DNA of 64,000 nt from Spirochaetia bacterium (GTDB lineage Bacteria; Spirochaetota; Spirochaetia; CADAEX01), in contig CAXXHA010000036.1 of the NCBI GenBank assembly GCA_963662265.2, forward strand, positions 96,001 through 160,000, in the 5' to 3' direction. Every line of letters starts with the position of its first letter. The first letter of the stretch is position 1. Position numbers and translations under genes: made by a program. Under the pieces are notes generated by a model. It was not told the origin of the DNA, made no database searches, and was given only the letters and a program-made list of their open reading frames with translations. Positions 40,448 through 51,084 of the stretch are shown piece after piece.

Positions 40448-41379
40448 TGCTGTGTTTGAGGGAATATTATATAATGAAATATCATTTGGATTAATACTTG
40501 ATATGCTTTCCCTGTTATTCTTTTAAATTCATCTATCATATTATAATTACTTTTAATTTTTAATTTATCAGATAGCAGTGTAATTTCCGGAGTAAATAAA
40601 GGTTTTGATTGATATTGTTCAGTTAGTATAAACTGAAATTTACTTTTTTCTTTTTTGGAATAGAATATATATTCAATATCATCATCGCTTGAATAGATTC
40701 TATATCCTGCAGTTGCAAGAAGAAGAGCATTTCTGTTGCTGCCTGTTGATTTGGCATTAAATAATTTCCCGTTTGTTGACATTAAAAAATCTGTGAGTTC
40801 TTTTATTTTATTATTACCAAGCCTTTTTATTATCTCTTGAGACAGATTTTTCTTTTTCCCCATATCAAAATGCAATATTCTACCGGGATAATCTATGCTT
40901 CTGTCTTTTATTATTTTTGTTGTTAAATTTAATTCTTTACTGGAATCTGTATCATCACATATTATAATCGGTATTTTGTCAGCATAATAATGGGGAGAGT
41001 GTATACGGCAATCAAGCCATCTTTTAATCATGTTTGGGCGATTATAAGTAACACAACAGGAAATGAGATCATTGTTTTGATGATATGAAGTATTATTTGA
41101 ACTACCTTTTATTAAGTTATTCTCTTTTCTTAAAAAACCGAATTTTATCCATTTATTTAATATTTCTCCTAATAATGAAGAGGATATTCCGGAGAGTTCT
41201 GATTCTTTTAAAATTTCTCCATGCTGTAATAATGTTTTACATCCGGAAAGTGACATTAAGAGTTCTGCTTCAAAAGCACTTATTATATGAGTAGTATCAT
41301 CATTTAAATTTTCAGCAAAGAATCTGTTTTTACCGGCTTTGATAAAATTGAAATATGCTGAGTAATATTTTTGTTCCAA
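40441..41379 (-). CDS. N-terminal part of RRE-like/GT-A-fold enzyme B, copy 1
   Basis: TYNRP, IICDDT, GSNRN, SSDDD; one frame change near 40505-40512 joins it to 39584..40447. Confidence 0.75.
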   Translation of the reverse strand: MEQKYYSAYFNFIKAGKNRFFAENLNDDTTHIISAFEAELLMSLSGCKTLLQHGEILKESELSGISSSLLGEILNKWIKFGFLRKENNLIKGSSNNTSYHQNNDLISCCVTYNRPNMIKRWLDCRIHSPHYYADKIPIIICDDTDSSKELNLTTKIIKDRSIDYPGRILHFDMGKKKNLSQEIIKRLGNNKIKELTDFLMSTNGKLFNAKSTGSNRNALLLATAGYRIYSSDDDIEYIFYSKKEKSKFQFILTEQYQSKPLFTPEITLLSDKLKIKSNYNMIDEFKRITGKAYQVLIQMIFHYIIFPQTQQC

Positions 41380-43163
41380 TATTTTATTTTCTCCCGGATG
41401 TATTTATTTCTAATGCAGCTTTCCATATAGCTGGCCAGTTTTTTTATTAATGATCCGTAATTACTGAAAAATAATTTATATTGTTTTATTGCTTTCTCTG
41501 TTGAGTATTTTTTTCTGAATTCTGCAGGCAGTGAATTTGTTTTAATTACAGATTGTTTTTCAAGTAATTCAATATATTCTGCAGCATCAGATGCCCAATG
41601 CCGGGGCTTGTGATTATATTGTTCAAGCAGCCTTTCAATCTGTTCAATAATTTTACATACATATTCCATCCATTTTTTATGGCAGAATGCGATGAAATCA
41701 TTATCAGAAAGATTTGAAAATGTTATTAAACTATTTCCAACTTTTTCATAATTGTTTGATACTGGAAATAGATCTCCGTAGTAAATTAAACTATCGATAA
41801 TTAGATTTGTGATAAGTCCAAAATCTGCACTTGTGTCTTGATAGGTTTCATCTGACATTTTTTTCTTATTGGAAAAATCATGAAATATTGAGAAAGGCAA
41901 ATGCCCTATCAAACTGCAGTTATCCAGACCCTGAAGTAAAGATGCCCAGATGCCATCCTGATTTCTTCCGTTTGGAGGAAAAGGAGGTACCATAACTTCC
42001 AGATTAATTCCTGTAAGTGCTGCTGCATAAAACGGAAACCTGCTGAGAAGGATATTATTAGAGTGCAATGTAGTAAAAGGATTTGCTTTCAGCATGGAAT
42101 AATCAGACTTTTTTTTATATTCTTTTTTTCTTGTTGAAGAAGAATTTAAATAAATACCATGGGGGCGGCTGAACCATTTTCCTCCATAAATACCTGTAAT
42201 AACAGTTGTAATCATGCTGCTTTCTTTTACTAAAGCAGATGTCATTTCCGGGGAAGAATCTTTATATTGTACTGATTTCCCCTTTTCAATGTGGCGATTT
42301 AAAAAATCATTGGTTTTTTCCCCAAGAATATCTGATATACTTGATATCAAATCAATTTCAACAGGTTTAAAATGTTTTTTTACTGTTTCCATATTGCTGA
42401 ATATGTTTATATCCGGAATTTTGTTTTTTGCTAATTCAATTTCACTTTTATTATCATTATGCGAAAGCGGCTCAAACAATATATCATCATCAAAACAGAT
42501 TATTTTTTTCCCTGAAAGCTTTAACAGCGAATTATTTCTGTTTCCTCCTGTTGCCGGGAGGAAGGATAGATCAGGATCTCCTGATAAAGCATACTCAATA
42601 AGTTCACTGCTTATACCCTTTTTCGATGTTTGTTTTTTTAGTAAATTTAGAAAATGATTTTTTTCTGATTTCCCGAAATAAAATGTTTTTATTTTATATT
42701 CTTGTCCAATAACTCCAGTAGTTTTTCTGTTCAATGATTGAGTATAAGCGTCCTCCGAATCATCAAAAACATTAATAGTTGAATTTTTATGTCTTGAATA
42801 AATATTTTCAGCTATACTTTTCAATGCACTTTCCAGTAATTCAGGTCTATTACAGGTTATAGCTGCCAGTTCGATATCATGATTTTGATTACCGGTATTT
42901 TTTAAATCAGGCAGCTGAATAATCAGATTATTTCCTGTAATTTCTTCCAATATTTCTTTGCCAATCCCCGTATGAAGATAATCAGATATTTCACTTTTAA
43001 ATTTTTGTATTGGTTTTAATCCTGACAGGCGGGAATATATTAAAGCACTTTCTGTTTTAATAATTGAAGTTTTTTTAGATAGAAAATTATATAAAAAATA
43101 AAAATCAGGATCTGCTGCAAAAAAAGCAGCAGATCCTGGAAGATAATAGTTTTTTTTATTCAT
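41304..43163 (-). CDS. RRE-like/GT-A-fold enzyme A, copy 1 (true stop probably ~41384 after correcting an A7 run)
   Basis: TCNRP, VFDDS, GGNRN, CFDDD, GRNQDGIW; the alternative frame at 41439-41445 restores NWPAIWK, matching the paralog's NWPDIWD. Confidence 0.78.
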   Translation of the reverse strand: MNKKNYYLPGSAAFFAADPDFYFLYNFLSKKTSIIKTESALIYSRLSGLKPIQKFKSEISDYLHTGIGKEILEEITGNNLIIQLPDLKNTGNQNHDIELAAITCNRPELLESALKSIAENIYSRHKNSTINVFDDSEDAYTQSLNRKTTGVIGQEYKIKTFYFGKSEKNHFLNLLKKQTSKKGISSELIEYALSGDPDLSFLPATGGNRNNSLLKLSGKKIICFDDDILFEPLSHNDNKSEIELAKNKIPDINIFSNMETVKKHFKPVEIDLISSISDILGEKTNDFLNRHIEKGKSVQYKDSSPEMTSALVKESSMITTVITGIYGGKWFSRPHGIYLNSSSTRKKEYKKKSDYSMLKANPFTTLHSNNILLSRFPFYAAALTGINLEVMVPPFPPNGRNQDGIWASLLQGLDNCSLIGHLPFSIFHDFSNKKKMSDETYQDTSADFGLITNLIIDSLIYYGDLFPVSNNYEKVGNSLITFSNLSDNDFIAFCHKKWMEYVCKIIEQIERLLEQYNHKPRHWASDAAEYIELLEKQSVIKTNSLPAEFRKKYSTEKAIKQYKLFFSNYGSLIKKLASYMESCIRNKYIREKIKYWNKNITQHISILSKPVKTDSLLKI

Positions 43164-43171
43164 AAAACAAA

Positions 43172-43976
43172 TCAGCAGTAAAATGTGTAATAGGTAAAAG
43201 ATATATCTGTTTTTGTTGCACCTGGAAGGATTTCAAATGTTTCTGATACTGCTACATCTGAGCCGGCAGAGATATATTCAGAGCTCCTTGCAAGTATTTT
43301 CATTTTTCTTCCGGGAAGCATATCAATATATTGATATGGATAAGGAGAAGGTGCTCCGAATAAATATTCTTCCATTTTTATATTAGCTGGTATACTGTAT
43401 CTGTCGAAATTTATACCTGATCCGGTTATTTCAACATAGTTATTGAAAACATATTCATCAAGAAGGAGAAAATAAACTTCTGATCCAAAACTACCTGATA
43501 GATCTACTGATAGAGAAGCATTTGCAGCCTGTTTTAACATAAGTGATACATTTGTGTTTTCTCCTTCTGCTACTGTAAACGGAAAAGATAAACCAGCTTC
43601 TTTCATATACCAATCTTCGTTTGGAGTGCTGTATTCTTCAAAATATTCTGCAAGCAATTCCAGTTCTGTTTCTGAAGGTACTCCTGTTACTGTTACAGAA
43701 CCTCCTGTATCGGTATTGCTGTATGTGAATTCAACAGGACCAGAAACAGAGATCTGTTCAGGGTAATCTGAATCATATGATATTTCTGAAGCTGTTTGAG
43801 TAGTTTTCATATCAGCTGAACTGAAAAATTTTAATTTTAAAGTTATAGTCCCCGGAGCAGATGCTTTACTTACAGGCAGATTAAATGTAATTGTACCGCT
43901 TTTTGAATTTTGTATCTTCGATGTAGCAGGAAAGAAAAAGACTTGAAATTAATAATATTAACAATAATTTTTTCAT
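43172..43976 (-). CDS. Beta-rich lipoprotein of cassette 3 (one frameshift near 43907-43912)
   Basis: Hand translation gives MKKLLLILLISSLFLSC, then after one indel NSKSGTITFNLPVSKA...SADMKTTQ, joining ORF 43172..43810. Confidence 0.75.
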
Positions 43977-43995
43977 AAATGATTAACCCCTTTTA

Positions 43996-44682
43996 TTATG
44001 ATGGTGCATATGTTTCCCAGTCAACCGTAACAGTTCCGGGATCCTGAGTTGTGCTTGTATTAATAGGAGGAATATCAGGATTTGTATTATTAATCTGGGT
44101 TGATGTTTCAACAGTAAATGTTTCATTAACTGTTTCCACAGCTGTAGCAGGGGAAGCATACCCGCTTCCGGAGACAGAAGAAGAATTGCCGCCGCTAACT
44201 AATGTTTTCTGTCCGATTTTGTTTTTCTGTTGTATTTTCCCTTTTTCAACATCAATATCACCTTTAGCGCTGCCTTCAAAAACCGTGCCCCGTACTGCTG
44301 CGGTTGATACAGGTGTCATCAAAGTAAAGTCATGTCTCAGCCCTGTTGAAGTTTTTACATTAGCCTTGATTCTGCCAAGTTTGAGATTCAGCCGGGTGTT
44401 TACAGTATCGCCTGATATAACAAGCTCATCGACAGACATCCTTGTTAGCGGTTTTATGAAAATAGTTGATGACCCGCTTAAATCAAGCTCTGCAGATGAT
44501 TTGAATCCTGTAGAAATAACAGAACCCTGAGGAATTGTGTTGCCGTTTACTGCTGTAACCCAATTTCTCCCCGGTTCCTTTATTTCAACTTTTCCTTTTA
44601 CTTTTGTTATTGTTATAAGATCTGCTGAATATAGAGGAGAAGAAAAAACAATAATTAAAAGTATTAACAAGAAGTACTTCAT
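43996..44682 (-). CDS. Exported FecR-like domain protein, cassette 3
   Basis: Signal peptide MKYFLL..YSA, KVKGKVE, ISTGFKSSAEL, LNLKLGRI, TPVSTAAVRGTVF; Thr/Pro-rich tail. Confidence 0.82.
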   Translation of the reverse strand: MKYFLLILLIIVFSSPLYSADLITITKVKGKVEIKEPGRNWVTAVNGNTIPQGSVISTGFKSSAELDLSGSSTIFIKPLTRMSVDELVISGDTVNTRLNLKLGRIKANVKTSTGLRHDFTLMTPVSTAAVRGTVFEGSAKGDIDVEKGKIQQKNKIGQKTLVSGGNSSSVSGSGYASPATAVETVNETFTVETSTQINNTNPDIPPINTSTTQDPGTVTVDWETYAPS

Positions 44683-44894
44683 TCCTGCCTCCACTTTATT
44701 AATATTAAATAAATATAATTATTATACAAATTTTTAAACTGTTTCAGATATGAAAATTATATAATTGTTTTTCTTAAAATGAAATGTATAAATAATTGTT
44801 TTCTTTAAAAAAACACATTTTATTTATAACATAGGAGGTAATTGCTCTAAAATCCGTTAACTATGGATGTGTTAAAATAAATTACAGTATTTTC

Positions 44895-46706
44895 TTATTT
44901 TAAATTATTCAGGTTTATTATACTCCTTCCTTCCATGTTCAACGTTTTTGCAGTTTCCCAGATTTCCGGCCACCAGTAGAGCATTTCCCCGCATCTTTTA
45001 AGATAGTTCCTGTAAATACAAAGAGCTTCCTTTTTTGTTACGAAGTTTCTGAATTCCTCAGGAATAACTGAATCTGATGAAAGGGCTTCTTTTTTCAGCA
45101 AATTGCAGTAATTTTCCATATCCTCTGCCCACCAGGAAGGTTTTTCTTCATAAAGATCAAGAAGGTAATTTATATGGTTTATTGTTCTTGTGAAATATCC
45201 AATCTGTAAAAGTTTCAGCTGTTCTTCGAAATCTGGCAGGCTGAATTTTCCAAACTCCTCTAATAATGTCCCAAGTTCTTTAATACGGGTTTTCCCGCCG
45301 GGATTGATAAACGATTTTGTCAGTTTTTCAAGGATGAGAGTTGAATATACTCCTGTCTGCAATGACACATTGTTAAAACTCTCTTTTAGAAACGGCGGTT
45401 TTTCATCCGGATTATGATACAACGCATAAGGTATATGGATTGTAAGTCCAGGTTCAAGGCAATTATGCAGTATAATTGCAAAGTTTGTATCATCACGTCT
45501 CCCCCTCGGAAAACATGGCGATAGCAGTTTTTTGTTATCAACACAAAAAGTACCGCCCATTAAATAACTGTCATTGTGAATTATATAGCTGTCAGAAGAT
45601 TTTATATTTAATCCGTTATCTCTGATTTCCCTGTATTTTTCTGAATCATGAAAATAATCTCTTTCAGGTCCCTGCTGAAACAGGGAGAGGTAAGGATTCT
45701 GAAACCATCTGCCTCCGCAGTATCCGGCGCCTATTGCTCTAACAGATAACTTGTTTTTTTCCATCTGCATTGCAGTTTCTTCTGTCAGATCTTCAAGTGA
45801 TATAAAATCCTTTTTCATGATCTCAGAATTCAATAAACTGATATTGGATTCAAAAAAAGTGAGTAGTTTGAAGTCCTTATTTTGAACAGTATTATTTTTT
45901 AATGTATTCATGTCAGGATAAAAAGTGGCATCTGAGTTGAAATCCCTGGCATACTGGTATCTGTCAGGCTGAATATTTTTTCTTGAAAAGAATCTGTATT
46001 CCATATCATCATCGCTTGAATAGAGATTGAATCCTGCAGATGCAAGTATCATTGTGTTTCTGTTGCCGCCTCTTGTATTATGCACGTATAAATCGTTGTC
46101 AACTGCAAGTGTGAAATCCACTATGTACTCAGGCAGTTTATCATTTGCAGCTTCATTTATCAGGTTTGAAAACTGCTTTTTATCATCATAGTTTATAAGT
46201 ACAATTTCTCCCGGATAATCTTTATTTCCATCGAATATAATTTTTTTGTTTTTGTCTGAAATTTTATAATCTGTTGTGTCATCGCATATTATAATAGGTG
46301 TTTTCCGGTTTCTGTATTCATCGTTACTAATTCTTGACCGGAGCCATCTGTCAAGCATACCGGGGCGGTCACAGGTTATACATCCTGATACGATTTTCTG
46401 TTTTGAAGCAAGTGTATTATTGTTGTTTTCAGGTTTGAATAAAAGATTTTCACTTCTGAGAAATTCATTGTTAATCCATTTATTAAAAATATCCATTATT
46501 ACAGATTGAGATAAGTCATGACTGTCAGTTTCCAAAACACTTTCAAGGTGTTGATTCAGTGTTTTGCATCCTGATAAATTTATTAAAATGTCTCCTTCAA
46601 ATCTGCTGATTACATGAGAAGTTTTATCATTGTTATTAATTACAAAATATGTCTCTTCTCCCGCTTTTTTGTATCCCAGAAACGCCGGATAATACTTCTC
46701 TGTCAA
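44895..46706 (-). CDS. RRE-like/GT-A-fold enzyme B, copy 2 (intact, 603 aa)
   Basis: N-terminal 3-strand/3-helix segment; TCDRP, IICDDT, GGNRN, SSDDD, GRRDDTNF, IPYALYH. Confidence 0.8.
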   Translation of the reverse strand: MTEKYYPAFLGYKKAGEETYFVINNNDKTSHVISRFEGDILINLSGCKTLNQHLESVLETDSHDLSQSVIMDIFNKWINNEFLRSENLLFKPENNNNTLASKQKIVSGCITCDRPGMLDRWLRSRISNDEYRNRKTPIIICDDTTDYKISDKNKKIIFDGNKDYPGEIVLINYDDKKQFSNLINEAANDKLPEYIVDFTLAVDNDLYVHNTRGGNRNTMILASAGFNLYSSDDDMEYRFFSRKNIQPDRYQYARDFNSDATFYPDMNTLKNNTVQNKDFKLLTFFESNISLLNSEIMKKDFISLEDLTEETAMQMEKNKLSVRAIGAGYCGGRWFQNPYLSLFQQGPERDYFHDSEKYREIRDNGLNIKSSDSYIIHNDSYLMGGTFCVDNKKLLSPCFPRGRRDDTNFAIILHNCLEPGLTIHIPYALYHNPDEKPPFLKESFNNVSLQTGVYSTLILEKLTKSFINPGGKTRIKELGTLLEEFGKFSLPDFEEQLKLLQIGYFTRTINHINYLLDLYEEKPSWWAEDMENYCNLLKKEALSSDSVIPEEFRNFVTKKEALCIYRNYLKRCGEMLYWWPEIWETAKTLNMEGRSIINLNNLK

Positions 46707-48503
46707 AACTGAGTTTCCTTTTTCTTGTTAAATTTTAAAGCCTTATCCCATATATCAGGCCAGTTTATCAGCAGGTTCCCGTAATCTCTGAAAAAACATT
46801 TATACTGTTTTATTGCGTCATCAAGTGAATAATTTTTTCTTAATTCTTTAGGAAGAGAGTTTTCTGGAACCAGCGACTGTTTTTCAAGGCGCATAATATA
46901 TTCTTCAGTATCCCTTGCCCAGTATTTTGGTTTTCTTTTATTTTCTGCCAGTTTTTTTTCAAGGTCCGCAATTGCATTGCCGGCATACTCGAGCCAGATT
47001 TTATGGAAAAAAAATAAAAAATCTTCATCTGATATCTGTGACAGCCAGACAAGCTGGTTTCCAAGCGCCTGATATGATATTTTATTAAGCTTCGATCCTA
47101 GATTTTTTCTCAAGTGTTCAATTGCCAGGACAGTGATTATCCCGAATCCAGCTGATGTATCAGTGTAATCTTCTTCAGTGAAAAAAGATTTATTACTCAT
47201 TTCATGATAAATTGCCAGTGGTATATGGGATACAAAGGTATTCTGGTTTAAAGCAAGCATTACTGCTATCCAGATACCATCCTGGTTCCTTCCATAGGGG
47301 GGGGTAGGGGGGGAGTATTTCACCTGAATCTATCCCCATTGCTGTTGTGATAAAAAAAGGGGCCCTGCTCAGGGTAAGATGCTCAGGCAGCATCAGGGAT
47401 ATAGGATTTTCCTTTATTTTACTGTATTCTGATTTGTTTCTGAAACCGCAGTATCTGTCCGGTTTGTTGTTGAAATAAACACCGAAAGGCCGGCTGAACC
47501 ATCTTCCGCCGTAGATTCCTAAGAATGCAGCTTTAATCGAACTGTCCCATCTTTTGAGAGAAAAGAAGGAGTCCGGTCTGAAATTGTCAGTTAATAATTC
47601 ATTATTAGATGTTACTGTTTTCTCAATAATTTCTCCGACACTTTTTCCAAGGATATTATTTATATATCGTAAAGGGTCGATTTCAGAAGATATAAGATTT
47701 TTTTTCAGCCTCTGTTGTTTTACAGAAAACATGGCTTTCAGGATCTTTGAAGTTTGATATTTCAAGATCATCTTCTAAATTACTGTGGGTAAAAAAATCG
47801 TATTTAGTATCATCATCGAAACTGATTATTTTACAGCCGGCAAGTTTTAGTAAAAGCAGTATTCCTGTTTCCCCCCCGGACCTTTGAGTATTGGATTGTC
47901 ATGAGACCCCATAACTGCAAATCTGATAATGCTTTTTATCTGTGCCTGTATTTTTCCTTCATACAGTAGCTTTAATAATTGATGTTTCTCCTTAATTCCG
48001 AAGTGTGAAATATTTAATCCGTAATTATTTTTAATATTGATACATAAAATCTTATTTTGCATCGATTATTTTCTGTGAAGATGAGTCGTCAAAAACTATT
48101 ACAGGGAGGTTTTTATAATCCGAATGTATTTTCTCTGCAATGCTGTTTAATGCTGATGAGAGAAGTTCCGGCCTGTCTGATGTGATAATTGATAATGCTG
48201 ATTCCTGTTCTGTTTCTGAAAAGTGTATTTTACTGCTTTCAAGCGGATATAACAGATTGGTTTCCAGTAATGATGAAAATATATAATCAATATCTTTATT
48301 CTCTGATCCTGTATTATATATCTTTTCAAGATCAATTATATGCTGACTGATTGTTTTTATGCCGGTCAGTTGCGAGTAATATATTGGCATCAGTTTTATC
48401 TATGAATGATGTTTTTCCTGTATTGTAATTATAGGAAATAAAACAATCAGGTCCCGTGGGAAAAAATGCCGGCAGAACCTGGTATGTATTTTTTTTTGAC
48501 CAC
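46703..48503 (-). pseudogene. RRE-like/GT-A-fold enzyme A, copy 2, broken by several frameshifts (possibly assembly errors)
   Basis: GTG at 48503 after AGGAG; fragments 48052..48390, 47847..48062, 47202..47771, 46703..47323 are colinear with 41304..43163 (TSDRP, VFDDS, SFDDD, GIYGGRWFSRP, GRNQDGIW). Confidence 0.75.
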
Positions 48504-48532
48504 TTTCTCTCCTGTCTGAAAATCTGAATCTG

Positions 48533-49380
48533 TTAACTTAACCAGGAAAAGCTGGTGCTGTTAGTGTATTGGTAATATGTTACAGGCACTGAATCAGACA
48601 ATCCCGGTCTGAGCTCAAATTCATCGGTTATTCCTAAATAATCGTACTGACTAATTGTTGCACTTTTACTTACAAGTGCACGTGTTTTTCCTTCCCGGAA
48701 GAATCGTCTCTGCAGCATCAAATGTAACAGTTGCAGTATTTCCTGATACAGTTCCGGGTGTTCCTGTGGGATTGTCCAGGTTGAAAGTATAATGAGAATA
48801 GCTTGTATTTATTGATGAGATTTTATTACCGCTGAAATTTACAATTAATAACAAATGATCCGGGTCATAGAGCCTGAAATGGGAAGCTGTATAGGTTGAA
48901 TGTTTGGGGTACACTCATTCCCCCTGCATAACCTGTCGGGATAAGTGGTATTACAACTTCTGTTGAATCTATTCCATTAACTTCAAACACATCGGAAATC
49001 CCTGAGTATGAGTGGAAATAAATACTTCCCTTATCAGATCTGGTGCTGTAACGGTTCTATCAGCAGGGTCAGCGCGCTTGATACAGGAACATTCATAAGA
49101 GATAAATCGCCTGAATCGCCTGTAAACGGAATATAGGAATTAGCAAGAAGCGGTGAAGGGAAATCTTTCAGATATGTTATATCTGATGTCTTCTCGAAAT
49201 ATGAATCAATATTTCCGGAATATACAGCTACTTTTAAAAATGCCGTCAAATCCTGCCGGCGCTCCTTTTGCTGTTGTAGTTAATTTGATTGATACAGTCC
49301 CTGTTGAAGATTCCGGAGCCTGGTAACATGAAAAATGTAAGGACAGAATATACTAAAATAATTATTAAATATCTTTTCAT
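48533..49380 (-). pseudogene. Beta-rich lipoprotein of cassette 2, frameshifted
   Basis: MKRYLIIILVYSVLTF(S)CYQAP after removing one T; fragments share ITYLKDFP, GISDVFEV, LPGRK, GITDEFELRPG with the other two lipoproteins. Confidence 0.7.
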
Positions 49381-49398
49381 TTTATACTCCTTTACAGG

Positions 49399-50065
49399 TT
49401 ACTGTATTTCCCAGGCAACATGTACTGTTCCTGTTGTGGGCGGCGGTGGAACAATTATTGGCGGGGATATCCTGCATCAGGCTGTGTTGATGTCTCAACA
49501 GTAAAGCTTTCTGTGACTGTTTCAACTGCAGTTGCAGGTGCAGTATACCCTGTTCCTGAAACAGACGATGATTCGCCTCCTGAAACAGTTGTTTTCTGAC
49601 CTATTTTTATTTGTAAAACTTATTCTGCCTGTAACAACTTCCAGTTTCCGTACAGATGACTCGAAGACTGTACCTCTTACAGCAGCTGTTGATACAGGTG
49701 TTTTTAATGTGAAATCATGTTTAAGCCCTGATGAAGTTTTTACATCAGCCTTTATTCTTCCCAGCTTGAGGTTCAGCTTTGTATTTACCTTGTTTCCGCT
49801 TATTGCAAGTTTGTCGACAGACATTCTGGTAAGCTGTTTTATGAAAACAGTTGATGAATCCGCTCAGGTCAAGCTCTGCATTAGATTTAAAACCTGTGGA
49901 AATGACAGATCCTTCAGGGATAATTCCCCCTTTTTCAGCTTTTACCCATGCTTTCCCGGGTTCCTTGATTTCTACTTTTCCGTTTACTGTTTTTATTGTT
50001 ATAAGATCTGCCGAATATAGAGGTGTTGCAACAATAATAACCAGTATTAAGAGTATATATTTCAT
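49399..50065 (-). pseudogene. Exported FecR-like domain protein, cassette 2, frameshifted
   Basis: ORFs 49745..50065 and 49522..49824 plus a hand-read tail (..PPPPTTGTVHVAWEIQ*) closely match 43996..44682. Confidence 0.78.
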
Positions 50066-50119
50066 TTATCCCTCCGTCTTAATACATCTAAAGGAAATAA
50101 TTTTATAATTGTATATCAC

Positions 50120-50136
50120 TATTATAGGACTTTTTC
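50120..50136 (-). promoter_or_regulatory. Putative promoter (-10 TATAAT with conserved upstream flank) for cassette 2
   Basis: GAAAAAGTCCTATAATA on the minus strand; 16/17 match to 51849-51865. Confidence 0.5.
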
Positions 50137-50237
50137 CCTATAAATAAAAATAAAATATTAATGACTGCGTTTTAAAGCCTGATGAATCAGTTGGATGGAA
50201 TTTTACTTATTTATTATTATTGCATTTGTTTTAAGTT

Positions 50238-51069
50238 TCAGTCAACTATCGGTTGGTAATAATAGTAGTTAACCGGAACTGTTACTATAACGCCGGGCTT
50301 AACTTCAAACACATCAGATATGCCGAAATATGAGCCGGGAGTAAGGACTGGAGTGTTTACAAGATCTGATACAATTAACTGCATTTTTTTCCCTGCAACT
50401 GCAGTACTGGTAAATGTCATTGTATCGGGAGAACCGTCATTCTCGGAATTCTCATTTACCATAATTTGTTGTTGTCGGTTCACTGTTGAATGTTATATTT
50501 CCTTCAGAAGGTACATTTAAATTAATATATGAGGCCATGTCTTCAGGTGAATAAGCGCTGACAAAATCTTCTCCTGTGAATCCTGAGTGTTTATTTATCT
50601 TCAGAGTAGCTTTAGCTGTTTGTAGTATTGTGATTGAAACATGCAGAGGAGTGCTGTTTTCCAGAGTAAAAGGGTATGAAAGCCCTGCATATGCAAGGTA
50701 ATAGGGGTTATCAATACCTTCGCCGTAAAATTCAGCAAGAAGATTCAGCTCTTTTTCGGGCGGGATTCCTGAAATTAATATCTCTCCTGTATCTCCATCT
50801 ACAGGAATAGTTATTTCATCATGCCCGTTAATAGGTACTGTTTCCGGAAAATCTGAAAGATATGATATCCCGTTTACCGGATCCTGATTAACTTTGAATT
50901 CTCCTGAATTAAAGAGTCTTAAAACTAATTCTGTTTCGCCTCTGACCGGAGGTATTTTGATTACATCTGTGTCCTATTATTACTGATAATAGCCCCCTGA
51001 TTAGAAAACAGGTGCCTGGTAACAGGAAAAAAGTGAGAATATCAGCAGTAATAACAGTGTTTTTTTCAC
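50238..51069 (-). pseudogene. Beta-rich lipoprotein of cassette 1, frameshifted
   Basis: GTG start, MKKTLLLLLIFSLFSCYQAP; hand-read middle frame ISYLSDFPE..GIPPEKELNLLAEF..AGLSYPFT matches the cassette-3 lipoprotein (ISYDSDYPE..GVPSETELELLAEY..AGLSFPFT). Confidence 0.72.
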
Positions 51070-51084
51070 TATATACTCCATATA

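Noticed and set aside
44051-44530. Similar plus-strand ORFs opposite all three FecR genes (also 49532..50020 and 51257..51856)
   Set aside because: Their similarity follows from being antisense to paralogous genes; no RBS or independent evidence
44831-44850. Perfect AGGAGG as RBS for a possible RiPP precursor peptide
   Set aside because: Followed only by TTG-CTC-TAA on the strand opposite the cassettes; no plausible precursor
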